64,000 nucleotides of DNA from Alphaproteobacteria bacterium (GCA_963665325.3 CAXXWS020000004.1:288001-352000), one strand, 5' to 3'. Shown: positions 23,055 to 32,942, counted from the first letter of the stretch. Program-made: numbers and translations. Notes: a model not told the origin generated them from the letters alone.

Positions 23055-23576
23055 CTAGGGAACGTGGCGCTTGAGGAGGAACTGGTTCTTGAACATGCCG
23101 ATTCGGGTCATGACCTCGACATGGGCAATGTCGGAGCGGCCGTGGATGTGTTCGTTGAGAAAGGTCTCGAGCTCTGTTTCCTCGTCGCACACGACCTCGA
23201 CCAGCAGGTCGAAACGACCGCTGACCCACATGATGTAAACGACGGCGGAGCAAGGATTGAGGCGCTGCGCCAGCGCACCGGGCGTGATCCCGGGCGCGGC
23301 CTTGATGCCCAGCATCGCGTCCGCCTCGTAGTCGACCGCCACCGGATCGACCACGGCCACGATGCGCAACATGCCGGCCTCGCGCATCCGGGAAACCCGA
23401 TTGCGGACCGTCCCACCGGACACGCCCAGTTTCTGCCCGATCTCATCATAGGCCGCGCGGCCGTCGGCCTGCAGCAGGCGGATGATCTGCCGGTTGAGAT
23501 CATCGCTCGGAGAGGACAGCAGCGGGATATCCCCGGCGATGGCGGCAGGTTGATGCTGGGTCGTGGCTTGAGGCAT
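23055..23576 (-). CDS. Lrp/AsnC-family transcriptional regulator
   Basis: DDLNRQIIRLLQADGRAAYDEIGQKLGVSGGTVRNRV; VSGRFDL. Confidence 0.9.
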   Translation of the reverse strand: MPQATTQHQPAAIAGDIPLLSSPSDDLNRQIIRLLQADGRAAYDEIGQKLGVSGGTVRNRVSRMREAGMLRIVAVVDPVAVDYEADAMLGIKAAPGITPGALAQRLNPCSAVVYIMWVSGRFDLLVEVVCDEETELETFLNEHIHGRSDIAHVEVMTRIGMFKNQFLLKRHVP

Positions 23577-23720
23577 GAACTCATTTTACCGATTTCTAAG
23601 TCGGAATTCCATATATTTTGAAATACGCAAATTATTCTGCCAAATTTGGATTAAGAATGATAGAATAACAATTACATGCAGGAACACTATCGAAAATCAA
23701 TTTCGGCGAAGCAAGGAGAC
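23577..23720. promoter_or_regulatory. AT-rich divergent promoter region, probable Lrp target
   Basis: Markedly AT-rich stretch between the divergent Lrp regulator and GS-like gene. Confidence 0.5.
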
Positions 23721-23727
23721 GCGACCG

Positions 23728-25146
23728 ATGACACCGACACCGAACGATATGGCCGGGGCGTTGCCCGATATCGAGCGTGTCCGCGAGGCGCGGGCGAGGC
23801 TTGCCGAGTCAGGAGTCCGTTACGTGTTCTCCTGCTGGATCGACCTGTTCGGGATGCCGAAGACGAAACCGGTGCCGCTCAGCGATTTCGAGAACCTGTG
23901 CATGGGCAAGGGTCCACAGTTCGCCGTGCATTCCATCTCGTTCGTGCCCGAACTGTCGCCGGCCGACTCCGACCAGATCCCGGTTCCCGATCTCGACACC
24001 CTGGTCATATGTCCCTGGGACCGCAGCTGCGCGTGGATGTTTGCGGATCTCTGGTGGGAGGACGCGCCTTACAAGCTGTGTCCCCGCCACGCGCTCAAGC
24101 GCACCGTCGCGGATGTCGCGGACAAGGGCTTCGCAGGCTTCGCAGGCATCGAGCCGGAGTTCATCGCCATGCGCTGGCGCGATGGCCGGCCCGTCAAGGC
24201 GTTCGACGACGACCCGCCTGTCGGCGAGGGGATGCGCCCGCGGCGGCAGGCGTTCGGTTACGACGTCGATTTCTCCACCGATTCGATGGGATTCCTCGGT
24301 GAACTCATCGACATCCTCGGGGAACTGGGCTGGGGGCTGAAGGATGTGGTCGCCGAGGGCGGATATTCGCAGTTCGAGCTCGATTTCAGTTACACCGACG
24401 TCCTGCAGATGGCGGACCGGCTGGTGTTTCTGCGCGTGCTGCTGAAGCAGGTCGCCAAGAAGCAGGGCATGTTCATCACCTTCATGCCCAAGCCCACCAT
24501 CGGCGACTGGCGTTCGGGCGCGCACATCAACTACTCGATGCAGCGCGCCGATGCCCCTGGCGAGAACCTCTTCGAGGCTCCCGGAGGCGGCTGGAGCGAC
24601 GTTGCCTACAACGCCGTCGGGGGCCTGCTTCGGCACGGCGGTGCGCTCACCGCCATCGCCTGCTCGACGGTCAACTCCTACAACGGGCTGGTGCCCCGGG
24701 TCGGCGGGTTCGAGGGCGGCACCGTGACCTGGGCCCCCACGCACATGACCTATGGCGACAACAACCGCTCATGCATGCTGCGCCTGCCCCAGAACCGGTT
24801 CTGCATCGAGAACCGCGCCGCCGACATGTGCATGAACCCGTACCTGTCGCTGGCGTTGACGACCGCGGCAGCAGTTGCCGGAGCGGTCGAAGGCATCGAC
24901 CCCGGACCGCCGTTGAACAAGGACCTCTATGGGCTTTCGGACGAGGAAATCGGCGCCGCCGGCGGCGAGCGCCTGCCGAGAAACCTGCTCGAGGCTACCG
25001 AAATCCTGAGGCGCGACCCGCTGGCGGCCGAAGTGCTGGGCCCGTCGATGCTGGATTCCTGGCTGCGCTACAAGACCGACGAGTGGGAGCGCTACCACCA
25101 GGCGGTGACCGACTGGGAGGTCGAGGAGTATCTGCGGCTCTACTAA
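23728..25146 (+). CDS. Glutamine synthetase-like protein (GlnT/gamma-glutamylamide synthetase type)
   Basis: GIEPEF, QFELDF, TFMPKP, SGAH, TVNSY, NNRSCMLR, ENRAADMCMNPY. Confidence 0.85.
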   Translation: MTPTPNDMAGALPDIERVREARARLAESGVRYVFSCWIDLFGMPKTKPVPLSDFENLCMGKGPQFAVHSISFVPELSPADSDQIPVPDLDTLVICPWDRSCAWMFADLWWEDAPYKLCPRHALKRTVADVADKGFAGFAGIEPEFIAMRWRDGRPVKAFDDDPPVGEGMRPRRQAFGYDVDFSTDSMGFLGELIDILGELGWGLKDVVAEGGYSQFELDFSYTDVLQMADRLVFLRVLLKQVAKKQGMFITFMPKPTIGDWRSGAHINYSMQRADAPGENLFEAPGGGWSDVAYNAVGGLLRHGGALTAIACSTVNSYNGLVPRVGGFEGGTVTWAPTHMTYGDNNRSCMLRLPQNRFCIENRAADMCMNPYLSLALTTAAAVAGAVEGIDPGPPLNKDLYGLSDEEIGAAGGERLPRNLLEATEILRRDPLAAEVLGPSMLDSWLRYKTDEWERYHQAVTDWEVEEYLRLY

Positions 25147-25167
25147 GCGAAGCGTGCGCAAGGGCGA

Positions 25168-26202
25168 ATGCGGAGTTGTATCGAAGTGGCGGCAGGTCAA
25201 GATAGTTTCGACCTCGGGGAGGTGGCGCTCCAGTCGGGCGCCGTGCTGCCGAACGCCCGCCTGGCTTACAAGACCTGGGGCTCGCTCAATGCGGAGGGCG
25301 ACAATGCGATCCTCATGCCCACCTTCTACACGGGCACGCATGTCCGCAACGAAGCCTATATCCAGAGGGTGCCGTCCCTCGATCCGTCGCGTTTTTTCAT
25401 CGTCTCCATCGACATGTTCGGCAACGGACTGTCATCCTCGCCGAGCAATATGCCGCCGCCGTTCGACGGCCCGCGGTTCCCCGCCGTCACGCTCTACGAC
25501 AATGTCCGCTGCCAGCACCGGCTGCTCACCGAAGTCCTCGGCGTAAAACGCCTTGCCCTCGTGCTCGGATGGTCCATGGCGGGCTGTCAGTCCTATCAAT
25601 GGGGCGCGCAGTTTCCGGACATGGTCGCCGCCATCCTGCCCTTCTGCGCCTCGGCGCGGACTTCGGCGCACAACAATGTGTTTCTCGAGGGGGTGAAGGC
25701 GGCGCTCCTGGCCGACAGCGCGTTTGCCGGCGGCGACTACCGGGCGCCGCCCGAGGCCGGGCTCCGGGCGTTCGGGCGGGTCTATGCGGGTTGGGCATTC
25801 TCGCAGACCTTCTATCGCGAGCGATTGCACCGCGAACTCGGCTTCGAGACCTGGGAGGAACTGCTGCTCGACTGGGAACGCGACCATCTCGAGTGGGACG
25901 CGAACGACCTGCTGGCCAAGCTCCGGACCTGGCAGCTCGGCGACATCGGCGCCAACGAGCATTATCGCGGCGACTTCAAACGCGCGCTGGGCGCTATACG
26001 GGCCCACGCGATCCTCGTTCCCTGCACCACGGACCTCTATTTTCCGCCCGAAGACAACGCCATCGAAGCCCGGCACATGCCGAATGCCGAGCTTCGGCCC
26101 TACGCCTCCGACTGGGGCCACTGCGCCGCCACGCCGAGCCGCAAGGACGGCAGCTTCATGCGTTTTCTGGACGGCTGCGTATCGGAGCTATTGTCCCGCT
26201 GA
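25168..26202 (+). CDS. Homoserine O-acetyltransferase-like alpha/beta hydrolase
   Basis: LAYKTWGSLNAEGDNAIL, DMFGNGLSSSPS, GWSMAG, TDLYFPP, WGH. Confidence 0.8.
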   Translation: MRSCIEVAAGQDSFDLGEVALQSGAVLPNARLAYKTWGSLNAEGDNAILMPTFYTGTHVRNEAYIQRVPSLDPSRFFIVSIDMFGNGLSSSPSNMPPPFDGPRFPAVTLYDNVRCQHRLLTEVLGVKRLALVLGWSMAGCQSYQWGAQFPDMVAAILPFCASARTSAHNNVFLEGVKAALLADSAFAGGDYRAPPEAGLRAFGRVYAGWAFSQTFYRERLHRELGFETWEELLLDWERDHLEWDANDLLAKLRTWQLGDIGANEHYRGDFKRALGAIRAHAILVPCTTDLYFPPEDNAIEARHMPNAELRPYASDWGHCAATPSRKDGSFMRFLDGCVSELLSR

Positions 26203-26247
26203 TACCAACGGTCGTGGATCGGAATCGGGGCAAGATTCAAGAAATTG

Positions 26248-26693
26248 CGGTAATAATTCCCAGAATCTTTAGATCCGAAAAATTCCATGCTAGAATGATA
26301 CAGAAGGAAGCGGCATCCGGAGGCCGCTCCGCCTTCCGCGTCGGCGCCGACGCGGAAAAATCCCCTTGGAACCCACGGGAGACGTGCGCCTTGCGTTTGC
26401 TTTGCGCGCGCAGGCGCAATCAGGCGCGCGAACCGCGCCGGCGCCAACGGGCGCCCGCGCTCGCGCGCGATACGCGCGACTTAGGGTTCCGCCGCAGCGG
26501 GGCCGGCGGAAGGAAGACCGGAACGAAAGAGAACAAAATGGGATGAGGATACGACGGGCCGGATGCAGACAGACGCAAGAGTCGCGGTGGCCCGGCGACG
26601 AACGAGGTGAGGGCAGCCTTATGCCGGAAAACGCCGCGGCACATGCGCCCTGTGCATGCGGGTGGACATGACAAAACATGACACATCATGACA
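26248..26693 (+). repeat. Dispersed structured element copy A (candidate ncRNA / mobile leader)
   Basis: Homologous to the reverse complement of 43423-43943; 32/32 identity between 26413-26444 and 43744-43775; CATGAC at 26667/26677/26687. Confidence 0.8.
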
Positions 26694-26816
26694 TCTCGCT
26701 GGAGTGGGCCCCAGACCGGCCGCCGGTTTGGGGGCGCGGCATCCCGAACAACGGCTGCAATACCGGCGGAAAATCCGGGTCTATACTCCGGCGGTTTCCC
26801 AATCCTTGGAGTTTCC

Positions 26817-27836
26817 ATGCAAGACGCCGTGCTCGATGTCCTGGCCGTCGGCAACGCCATGCTGGACGTGCTGGTCCATGTGGACGATGCCTGGCTGGCC
26901 GAAAACGGTATCGATAAGGGAATCATGACCCTGATCGACGAGCCGCAGGCAGCCATGCTTCACGCGAAGGTCGAGCCCGCGGCCGAGGCGTCGGGCGGTT
27001 CGGCGGGCAACACCGCCGCGGGCCTCGCCTCCCTCGGGGCCCGGACCGGTTATATCGGCCGGGTGCGCAACGACGATGCAGGTGACGCCTTCCGCCGGGA
27101 TATCCGCGAGGCAGGCGTGCGGTTCGACACACCATCGGCGACGACCGGCGCCGCTACCGGTCGCTGTCTTGTCTTCGTCACGCCCGACGCGGAGCGCAGC
27201 ATGCTCACCATGCTCGGAGCCGCTGCGGAGATCGAACCGGCCGACATCGACGAGGCGGCGGCGGCCGCGGCGGCCGTCACCTATCTGGAAGGCTATCTGT
27301 GGGATGCGCCCGCGGCCAAGGCGGCGATGGTGAAGCTCGCGGACGCCGCCCGCGCCGCCGGGCGCAAGGTTGCGCTCACCCTGTCCGACCCGTTTTGCGT
27401 GGCGAGGCACCGGGAGACCTTCCTCGAACTGATCGCCGAACGGGTGGACGTGCTTTTCGCGAACGAGGAGGAGATCGTTTCTCTCACCAGGGCGACCGAC
27501 CTCCGGGAAGCCGCCGGGGCGGTTGCCGGGATGGTCGAGACGGCGGCGCTCACCCGCAGCGCAGAGGGCTCGCTGGTCGTGTCCGGCGGCGAGCTGCATG
27601 AGGTGCCGGCGGCCCGGTTCGCCGCGCTTACGGATACCACCGGGGCGGGCGATCTCTACGCCGCCGGCTTCCTGCACGCCTATACCAGGCTCCTCCCGCT
27701 TGCGGAGTGCGCATGGCTGGGTGGGCTCGCCGCCGCCCGGATCATCCAGCAGATGGGAGCGCGGCCCATCGGTTCGCTTGCCGGCCTGCCTGCCGATGCT
27801 TCGGCTGGCATCGGGAACCCATGCGCGGCCGCGTAA
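26817..27836 (+). CDS. Adenosine kinase / PfkB-family kinase
   Basis: VGNAMLD, SGGSAGNT, YLEGYLWD, FANEEE, DTTGAGDLYAAGFL. Confidence 0.9.
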   Translation: MQDAVLDVLAVGNAMLDVLVHVDDAWLAENGIDKGIMTLIDEPQAAMLHAKVEPAAEASGGSAGNTAAGLASLGARTGYIGRVRNDDAGDAFRRDIREAGVRFDTPSATTGAATGRCLVFVTPDAERSMLTMLGAAAEIEPADIDEAAAAAAAVTYLEGYLWDAPAAKAAMVKLADAARAAGRKVALTLSDPFCVARHRETFLELIAERVDVLFANEEEIVSLTRATDLREAAGAVAGMVETAALTRSAEGSLVVSGGELHEVPAARFAALTDTTGAGDLYAAGFLHAYTRLLPLAECAWLGGLAAARIIQQMGARPIGSLAGLPADASAGIGNPCAAA

Positions 27837-29485
27837 TACAGCAGCTCCGGCTGTGGAGCGGCGTCGTCCTGTTCGCCTATGTCACCGGCCACCTGCTGAA
27901 CCATACATTCGGCCTCGCCTCGGTGGAGGCAATGGAGGCCGGGCGGCGCGTCTTTTCCGCCGTCTGGCGCAGCCCGCCCGGCACGGTGCTGCTCGTCGGA
28001 AGCTTCGCCGTCCACGGCGCGCTCTCGATAGCGCGCCTCTTCCGCAAGCGCGACCTGAGGATGCCGGTCTGGGAGGCGGCGCAGCAGCTTCTGGGCCTCG
28101 CAATCCCCTTCCTGCTCTGCCTGCACATGCTGGGCACGCTCGGGCTCTCGCTGCAGTTCGGCATGGACCCGAGCTATCCCTTCGTCCTCTGGGCGACCTG
28201 GAGCGACCCTCTGCAACAGATCGCGCTAATGGCTGCCGCCTGGACGCATGGGTGTATCGGCATGCACTTCTGGCTGAGGCTCCAGCCTTGGTACCGAAGC
28301 TGCCTGCCGGTCTTCTTCGCGGCGGCGCTGCTGTTGCCGGCGCTCGCGCTCGCGGGCTTTGCGGTCGGCGGGCGGGACGTGCTGGCGCTGGCGGCAGCCG
28401 ATGCGGGCTGGGTCGGCGCCATGCTGGAGCAGATCCGCTTCCCCGGACGCGCGGGCGTCGAGTGGGTTCAGGGCATCGAGGCGCGGATGAGCGCCATGAC
28501 CGGCATGGCGATAGCTGCGCTGATCGCCTGGCGGCTGGTACGCGCGCTTCGGGCGCGGCGGCAGCGGCCGGTCCGCATCACCTATCCCGACGGGCGCATG
28601 GTGCGCGCCGAGCCCGGCGCCACGCTGCTGGAGGTGAGCCGCGCCGCCGGCATTCCCCATGCTTCGGTCTGCGGCGGCAGGGGGCGGTGTTCCACCTGCC
28701 GGGTGCATGTATCGCACGGATTCGACACGCTGCCGCCGGCGGATGAAGGCGAGCGCGCGCTGTTGACCCGCATAGGCGCGCCGGCGCGCGTTCGGCTCGC
28801 CTGCCGGACGGTCCCCGCCGGCGATGTGACGCTGACCCCCCTTCTCCCGGCAACGGCCGGGCCCGTCGAGGCGCGGGCGCGGACGAGCAGCCAGCAGGGC
28901 GCCGAACGCGAGATCGCCATCCTGTTCGCCGACCTGCGTGCCTTCACGAAACTGTCCGAAGACAAGCTGCCCTATGACGTGGTGTTCCTGCTGAACCGCT
29001 ATTTCCTCGCCATGGGCCGCGCGGTCGAGGAGGCGGGCGGCCATGTGGACAAGTTCATCGGCGACGGGGTGATGGCGCTGTTCGGCATCGACGGCGAGCC
29101 CCGCGAGGGCTGCCGGAGCGCGCTGGAGGCGGTGCGCGCCATGGCGGCGGCGCTCGGCGATCTCAACGCCGCGCTCGGCGAGGAGCTTGCCGAGCCATTG
29201 CGCATCGGGGTCGGCCTCCATGCCGGACCGGTAATCGTGGGCGAGATGGGATACAGCCGCGCCACCTCGGTCACCGCCATCGGCGATGCCGTCAATGTCG
29301 CGAGCCGGCTGGAGCCGATGACCAAGGAATTCGCCTGCCAGGCCGTGATCTCGCAGCGGGTCGTACGCCTCGCCGGGGCCGATTTCTCGGATTTTCCGTC
29401 CCGGCTGGTCGATATCCGCGGACGCGAGCGCCCGCTCAGCGTCTATGCCGTGGTCGACGGCGGCGACATCCCCCTGCCGGCTTGA
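27821..29485 (+). CDS. Membrane-bound class III adenylate/guanylate cyclase with 2Fe-2S ferredoxin domain
   Basis: N-terminal TMs with His residues, CGGRGRCSTC...RLAC, ILFADLRAFT, DKFIGDGVMALF, GDAVNVASRLE. Confidence 0.9.
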   Translation: MRGRVIQQLRLWSGVVLFAYVTGHLLNHTFGLASVEAMEAGRRVFSAVWRSPPGTVLLVGSFAVHGALSIARLFRKRDLRMPVWEAAQQLLGLAIPFLLCLHMLGTLGLSLQFGMDPSYPFVLWATWSDPLQQIALMAAAWTHGCIGMHFWLRLQPWYRSCLPVFFAAALLLPALALAGFAVGGRDVLALAAADAGWVGAMLEQIRFPGRAGVEWVQGIEARMSAMTGMAIAALIAWRLVRALRARRQRPVRITYPDGRMVRAEPGATLLEVSRAAGIPHASVCGGRGRCSTCRVHVSHGFDTLPPADEGERALLTRIGAPARVRLACRTVPAGDVTLTPLLPATAGPVEARARTSSQQGAEREIAILFADLRAFTKLSEDKLPYDVVFLLNRYFLAMGRAVEEAGGHVDKFIGDGVMALFGIDGEPREGCRSALEAVRAMAAALGDLNAALGEELAEPLRIGVGLHAGPVIVGEMGYSRATSVTAIGDAVNVASRLEPMTKEFACQAVISQRVVRLAGADFSDFPSRLVDIRGRERPLSVYAVVDGGDIPLPA

Positions 29486-29499
29486 GGAGAAGCGCCGGC

Positions 29500-30846
29500 A
29501 TGAAAACGCAGCCTCCCGGTCTCGGGGGCAACCGGCTGCGCCGCGCGGCGGCGGCGTTCCGGAGCCGGCGCGTCGCCATGATGTTGGCGCTCGGCTTCTC
29601 CAGCGGGCTGCCGCTGATGCTGACCGTCGATGTGATGAGCGCGCGGCTCTACGAGTCGGGTGTGGACCTGACCAGCATCGGCCTGTTCTCGCTCGTCACG
29701 GCGATCTATGGCCTGAAATTCCTTTGGGCGCCGTTTATCGACCGGCTCCGGCTGCCCTGGCTGACGCGCCGGTTCGGCCGGCGCCGGGGCTGGATGCTGG
29801 CCACCCATTTCGTCTGCATGGCGGCAATCGTGGGCCTCGGGCTCTCCGATCCGGCCGCCGACCTCGCGGCGGTTGCCCTGTTCGGCTGCCTGGTGGCGTT
29901 CGTGTCCGCGAGCCAGGACGTCGTCATCGACGCCTACCGCATCGAAATACTGGACGAGGGCCAGTACGGCCCCGGCGCAGCTTTCTTCGTCCAGGGTTTC
30001 CGCATCGGCATGTATGTTTCCGCAGCCGGCGGTCTTGTGCTCGCGGAGGCGTTCGGCTGGGCCGGCGCGCACGCCGTCATGGCCGCGTTGCTGCTTGTCG
30101 GCGTCACCGTCACGCTGTTCGCGCCGGAGCCTGCCCGCGCCTCGGACCCGGAGGCCGATGCGCAGGAGCGCCGGCTCGCCGGTAGGGCGGCAGCCTGGGG
30201 CGGGGCCGCTGCCGCCCGGTTCGCGAGCGCCGTGCTTGCGCCGCTCGCCGAGTTCGCTGCCCGGCCCGGATGGGGCGCCGTGCTGGCGTTCATCCTGCTC
30301 TATAAGCTCGGCGACGCCGCGCTCGGCGCCATGGCAATCCCGTTCTATGTCGAGCTCGGCTTCTCCAAGTCGGAGATCGCAGCGGCGGTCAAGACCGGCG
30401 GCTTCATCGCGTCGCTTGCGGGCATTCTCGCCGGCGGCCTCGCGGTGCATGGGCTGGGCCTGCTGCCGAGCCTGCTCGTGGCGGGCATCCTGCAGGCGCT
30501 CTCCAATCTCCTCTTCATCCCGCTAAACGAGGCGGGGAACGACATTGTCTGGCTCGCCGGGGTGGCGGCGCTGGAGGGATTCACCGCCGGGCTCGGCACT
30601 ACGGCCTTCCTCGCTTACCTGATGAGCCTCTGCAACATCTCCTACACGATGATGCAATTTGCGCTGCTCTCCTCGCTCATGGCGTCGGCCCGGATCATGC
30701 TCTCGGCGCCGTCGGGCTGGATCGTGGACAGCCTGGACGGAGACTGGAACGCGTTCTTCGTGCTGACGGTGCTCGCCTGCCTGCCGGGCCTGCTGCTGCT
30801 GCGCCCGCTCTGGAACCGGCAGAAACGAGGGGAGGTTCCGCCATGA
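29500..30846 (+). CDS. ampG: AmpG muropeptide MFS permease
   Basis: [45 protein letters not shown]. Confidence 0.92.
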   Translation: MKTQPPGLGGNRLRRAAAAFRSRRVAMMLALGFSSGLPLMLTVDVMSARLYESGVDLTSIGLFSLVTAIYGLKFLWAPFIDRLRLPWLTRRFGRRRGWMLATHFVCMAAIVGLGLSDPAADLAAVALFGCLVAFVSASQDVVIDAYRIEILDEGQYGPGAAFFVQGFRIGMYVSAAGGLVLAEAFGWAGAHAVMAALLLVGVTVTLFAPEPARASDPEADAQERRLAGRAAAWGGAAAARFASAVLAPLAEFAARPGWGAVLAFILLYKLGDAALGAMAIPFYVELGFSKSEIAAAVKTGGFIASLAGILAGGLAVHGLGLLPSLLVAGILQALSNLLFIPLNEAGNDIVWLAGVAALEGFTAGLGTTAFLAYLMSLCNISYTMMQFALLSSLMASARIMLSAPSGWIVDSLDGDWNAFFVLTVLACLPGLLLLRPLWNRQKRGEVPP

Positions 30847-31331
30847 TCGAGCTCTTCCGCGGAGACATCACGACGCTTGAGGTGGACGCTATCGTCAACG
30901 CCGCCAAGGAAAGCCTGCTCGGCGGCGGCGGGGTGGACGGGGCCATCCACCGGGCTGCCGGCCCCGAACTGCTGGCCGAATGCCGCACACTCGGCGGCTG
31001 CCCGACCGGCGAGGCGCGCATCACCGCCGGCTACCGGCTGCCGGCGCGCCATGTCATCCACACGGTCGGTCCTGTCTGGCGCGGCGCCGGCGACGAAGAC
31101 GCGCTGCTTGCCGCCTGCTACCGCAATTGCTTCGCGCTCGCGCGGGAGCATGGCCTCGGCTCCATCGCCTTCCCGGCAATCTCCACGGGCGTCTACGGCT
31201 TCCCGCCGGACCGCGCGGCCCGCATTGCCGTTGCCGGCGCGCGGGCCCACGGCGCCGGCTTCGCGCGCATCGTCTTCACCTGTTTCGACCCCGCTACGGA
31301 AGCGCTCTACCGCGAGGAGCTGTGCGCCTGA
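30843..31331 (+). CDS. Macro-domain O-acetyl-ADP-ribose deacetylase (YmdB-like)
   Basis: [45 protein letters not shown]. Confidence 0.93.
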   Translation: MIELFRGDITTLEVDAIVNAAKESLLGGGGVDGAIHRAAGPELLAECRTLGGCPTGEARITAGYRLPARHVIHTVGPVWRGAGDEDALLAACYRNCFALAREHGLGSIAFPAISTGVYGFPPDRAARIAVAGARAHGAGFARIVFTCFDPATEALYREELCA

Positions 31332-31337
31332 ATGGCT

Positions 31338-31910
31338 TCAGGGCCAGAGGGCGTCGAGGGGGAACGAGACCGCTTCGAACGGGGGGACGGAAACCGTGTC
31401 GTTGTCACGGAGGGCGGCGATGAGCACCCACGCGCTGTCGCGCAGTTCGAAGGCTTCAAGGTCGCGCGCCGCCGGATCGACGAACCAGAGATGGCGCACG
31501 CCCTCGCGCGCATAGACCGGACGCTTGCCGTGGCGGTCGAGGTCCCGAGTCGAGGGCGACAGCACTTCGCAGACCCAGTCCGGAGCGAGGGCGAAATAGG
31601 CAGTGTCGGGAAACTCCGGCATCCGCTCCCGCCGCCAGCCGGCAAGATCGGGCACGAGAACGTCGTCGCCCAGGTGGAGTTCCGGTTCATCGAGGATCCA
31701 CCAGCCGCCGGGGCCGCCGCCATAGCTGAAAGGATCACCGATCTTGGCGCCGAGTGCGGAACTGGCGTGCGCATGGCGCGGCGCCGGGCGCGGATGGGTG
31801 TGGAGCGTCCCGGCGACGAGTTCAGCCACCAGGTGCGGCGGGGCCTCTAGCACATCCCGGTAGGTCGCGCGGCGTCTTGGAGCGTCGAGAACCGCCTGTT
31901 GCCGCTTCAT
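31338..31910 (-). CDS. Uma2-family putative endonuclease
   Basis: AELVAG, EPEL, VPDLAGW, APDWVCEVLSPST, KRPVYAREGVRHLWFVDP. Confidence 0.9.
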   Translation of the reverse strand: MKRQQAVLDAPRRRATYRDVLEAPPHLVAELVAGTLHTHPRPAPRHAHASSALGAKIGDPFSYGGGPGGWWILDEPELHLGDDVLVPDLAGWRRERMPEFPDTAYFALAPDWVCEVLSPSTRDLDRHGKRPVYAREGVRHLWFVDPAARDLEAFELRDSAWVLIAALRDNDTVSVPPFEAVSFPLDALWP

Positions 31911-32003
31911 ATCGAAAACCTCCCGCAGACCGGGGCCGCGAGCATAGCATGGCGGCTCGCGCCCAAACAGGAAGGACGGTGCTTCGACCGAGTCCGCGAC
32001 CCA

Positions 32004-32942
32004 CTATGTGTCCAGCCCCAGTAGCCGGAAGGCGCTTCTCAGCAGGGGCGGCGCCGGCGCCTCGACTTCGAGCCGGCCCCAGCCGCGAGGATGCTCCAGC
32101 GCGATGGCGCGGGCGTGCAGGTGCAAGCGCCGCTCGAGGCCGATGCCTTCGAGGAAGGCTGCCCTGCCTCCGTATTTGCCGTCGCCCAGGATCGGGCACC
32201 CGACCGCCGCCATATGCGCGCGGAGCTGGTGCGTGCGCCCGGTCAACGGGCGGAGAGCGAGGCGGGCAGCACGCTTGCCCGCGTGCGCGAGCGTCTCATA
32301 GTCGGTCACGGCCCGCTTACCGTCCGCATCGACGCCAACCCGTTCGCCACCCGGCCGCCCGCGTTTCGCAAGCGGGAGGGCGATGCGCCCGGATGGCGGC
32401 TCAGGCGCGCCGGCGGTCAGCGCCCAGTAGAGCTTCTCCGCCTCGCGCGCCCGGAAGGCTGCCGTCAGCCGCGCCGCGTCGGCTGCGCTCCGCGCCAGCA
32501 GCAAAACGCCGCTGGTGTCCTTGTCCAGACGGTGCACGAGGCGCGGGCGCTCCGACGCATCGAAGCGCAGCGCCTCCAGCATCCCGTCCAGATGGCGCCC
32601 CGTGCCGCGCCCGCCCTGGACGGCAAGGCCCGCGGGCTTGTCGAGCGCGATCACCGCCTCGTCGAGATACAGCACCCAGCCGCGCACCTCTTCCACCAAG
32701 CTTTCCGATAGCGCGGCGGGCCGGGGTTCCGGCGGCGGGCCGAAGGGCGGCAAGCGCACCACGGCGCCGGCCTCCAGCCGGTCGCCGGCGCGGGCGCGGC
32801 GCCCGTCCACGCGCACCCGTCCCGTGCGCAGGAGCTTCTGCAACCGGCCCTGCGGCAGGTCCGGCCGCCGGCGCGCGACCCAGCGGTCCAGCCGCAGGCC
32901 GGCCTCGTCCGGCCCGACTTCCTCCAGCCGGACGCCTGTCAC
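32004..32942 (-). CDS. RluA-family pseudouridine synthase (RluC-like)
   Basis: S4 domain RLDRW, DKPAGLAVQGG, VHRLDKDTSG, TGRTHQLRAH, ILGDGKY. Confidence 0.92.
   Translation of the reverse strand: MTGVRLEEVGPDEAGLRLDRWVARRRPDLPQGRLQKLLRTGRVRVDGRRARAGDRLEAGAVVRLPPFGPPPEPRPAALSESLVEEVRGWVLYLDEAVIALDKPAGLAVQGGRGTGRHLDGMLEALRFDASERPRLVHRLDKDTSGVLLLARSAADAARLTAAFRAREAEKLYWALTAGAPEPPSGRIALPLAKRGRPGGERVGVDADGKRAVTDYETLAHAGKRAARLALRPLTGRTHQLRAHMAAVGCPILGDGKYGGRAAFLEGIGLERRLHLHARAIALEHPRGWGRLEVEAPAPPLLRSAFRLLGLDT

Noticed and set aside
26521-26534. GAAC-N-GAAC as an alphaproteobacterial LexA box
   Set aside because: The spacer is 6 nt, not the required 7, and copy B does not keep both GAAC halves.
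26366-26671. Similar peptides (AQSGARTAPA) in ORFs over element copies A and B
   Set aside because: Starts, stops and lengths differ between copies; the similarity is explained by DNA/RNA-level conservation.
26667-26693. CATGAC repeats as a mini-CRISPR
   Set aside because: 6-bp repeats with 4-bp spacers and no cas genes; no CRISPR array was seen anywhere in the window.
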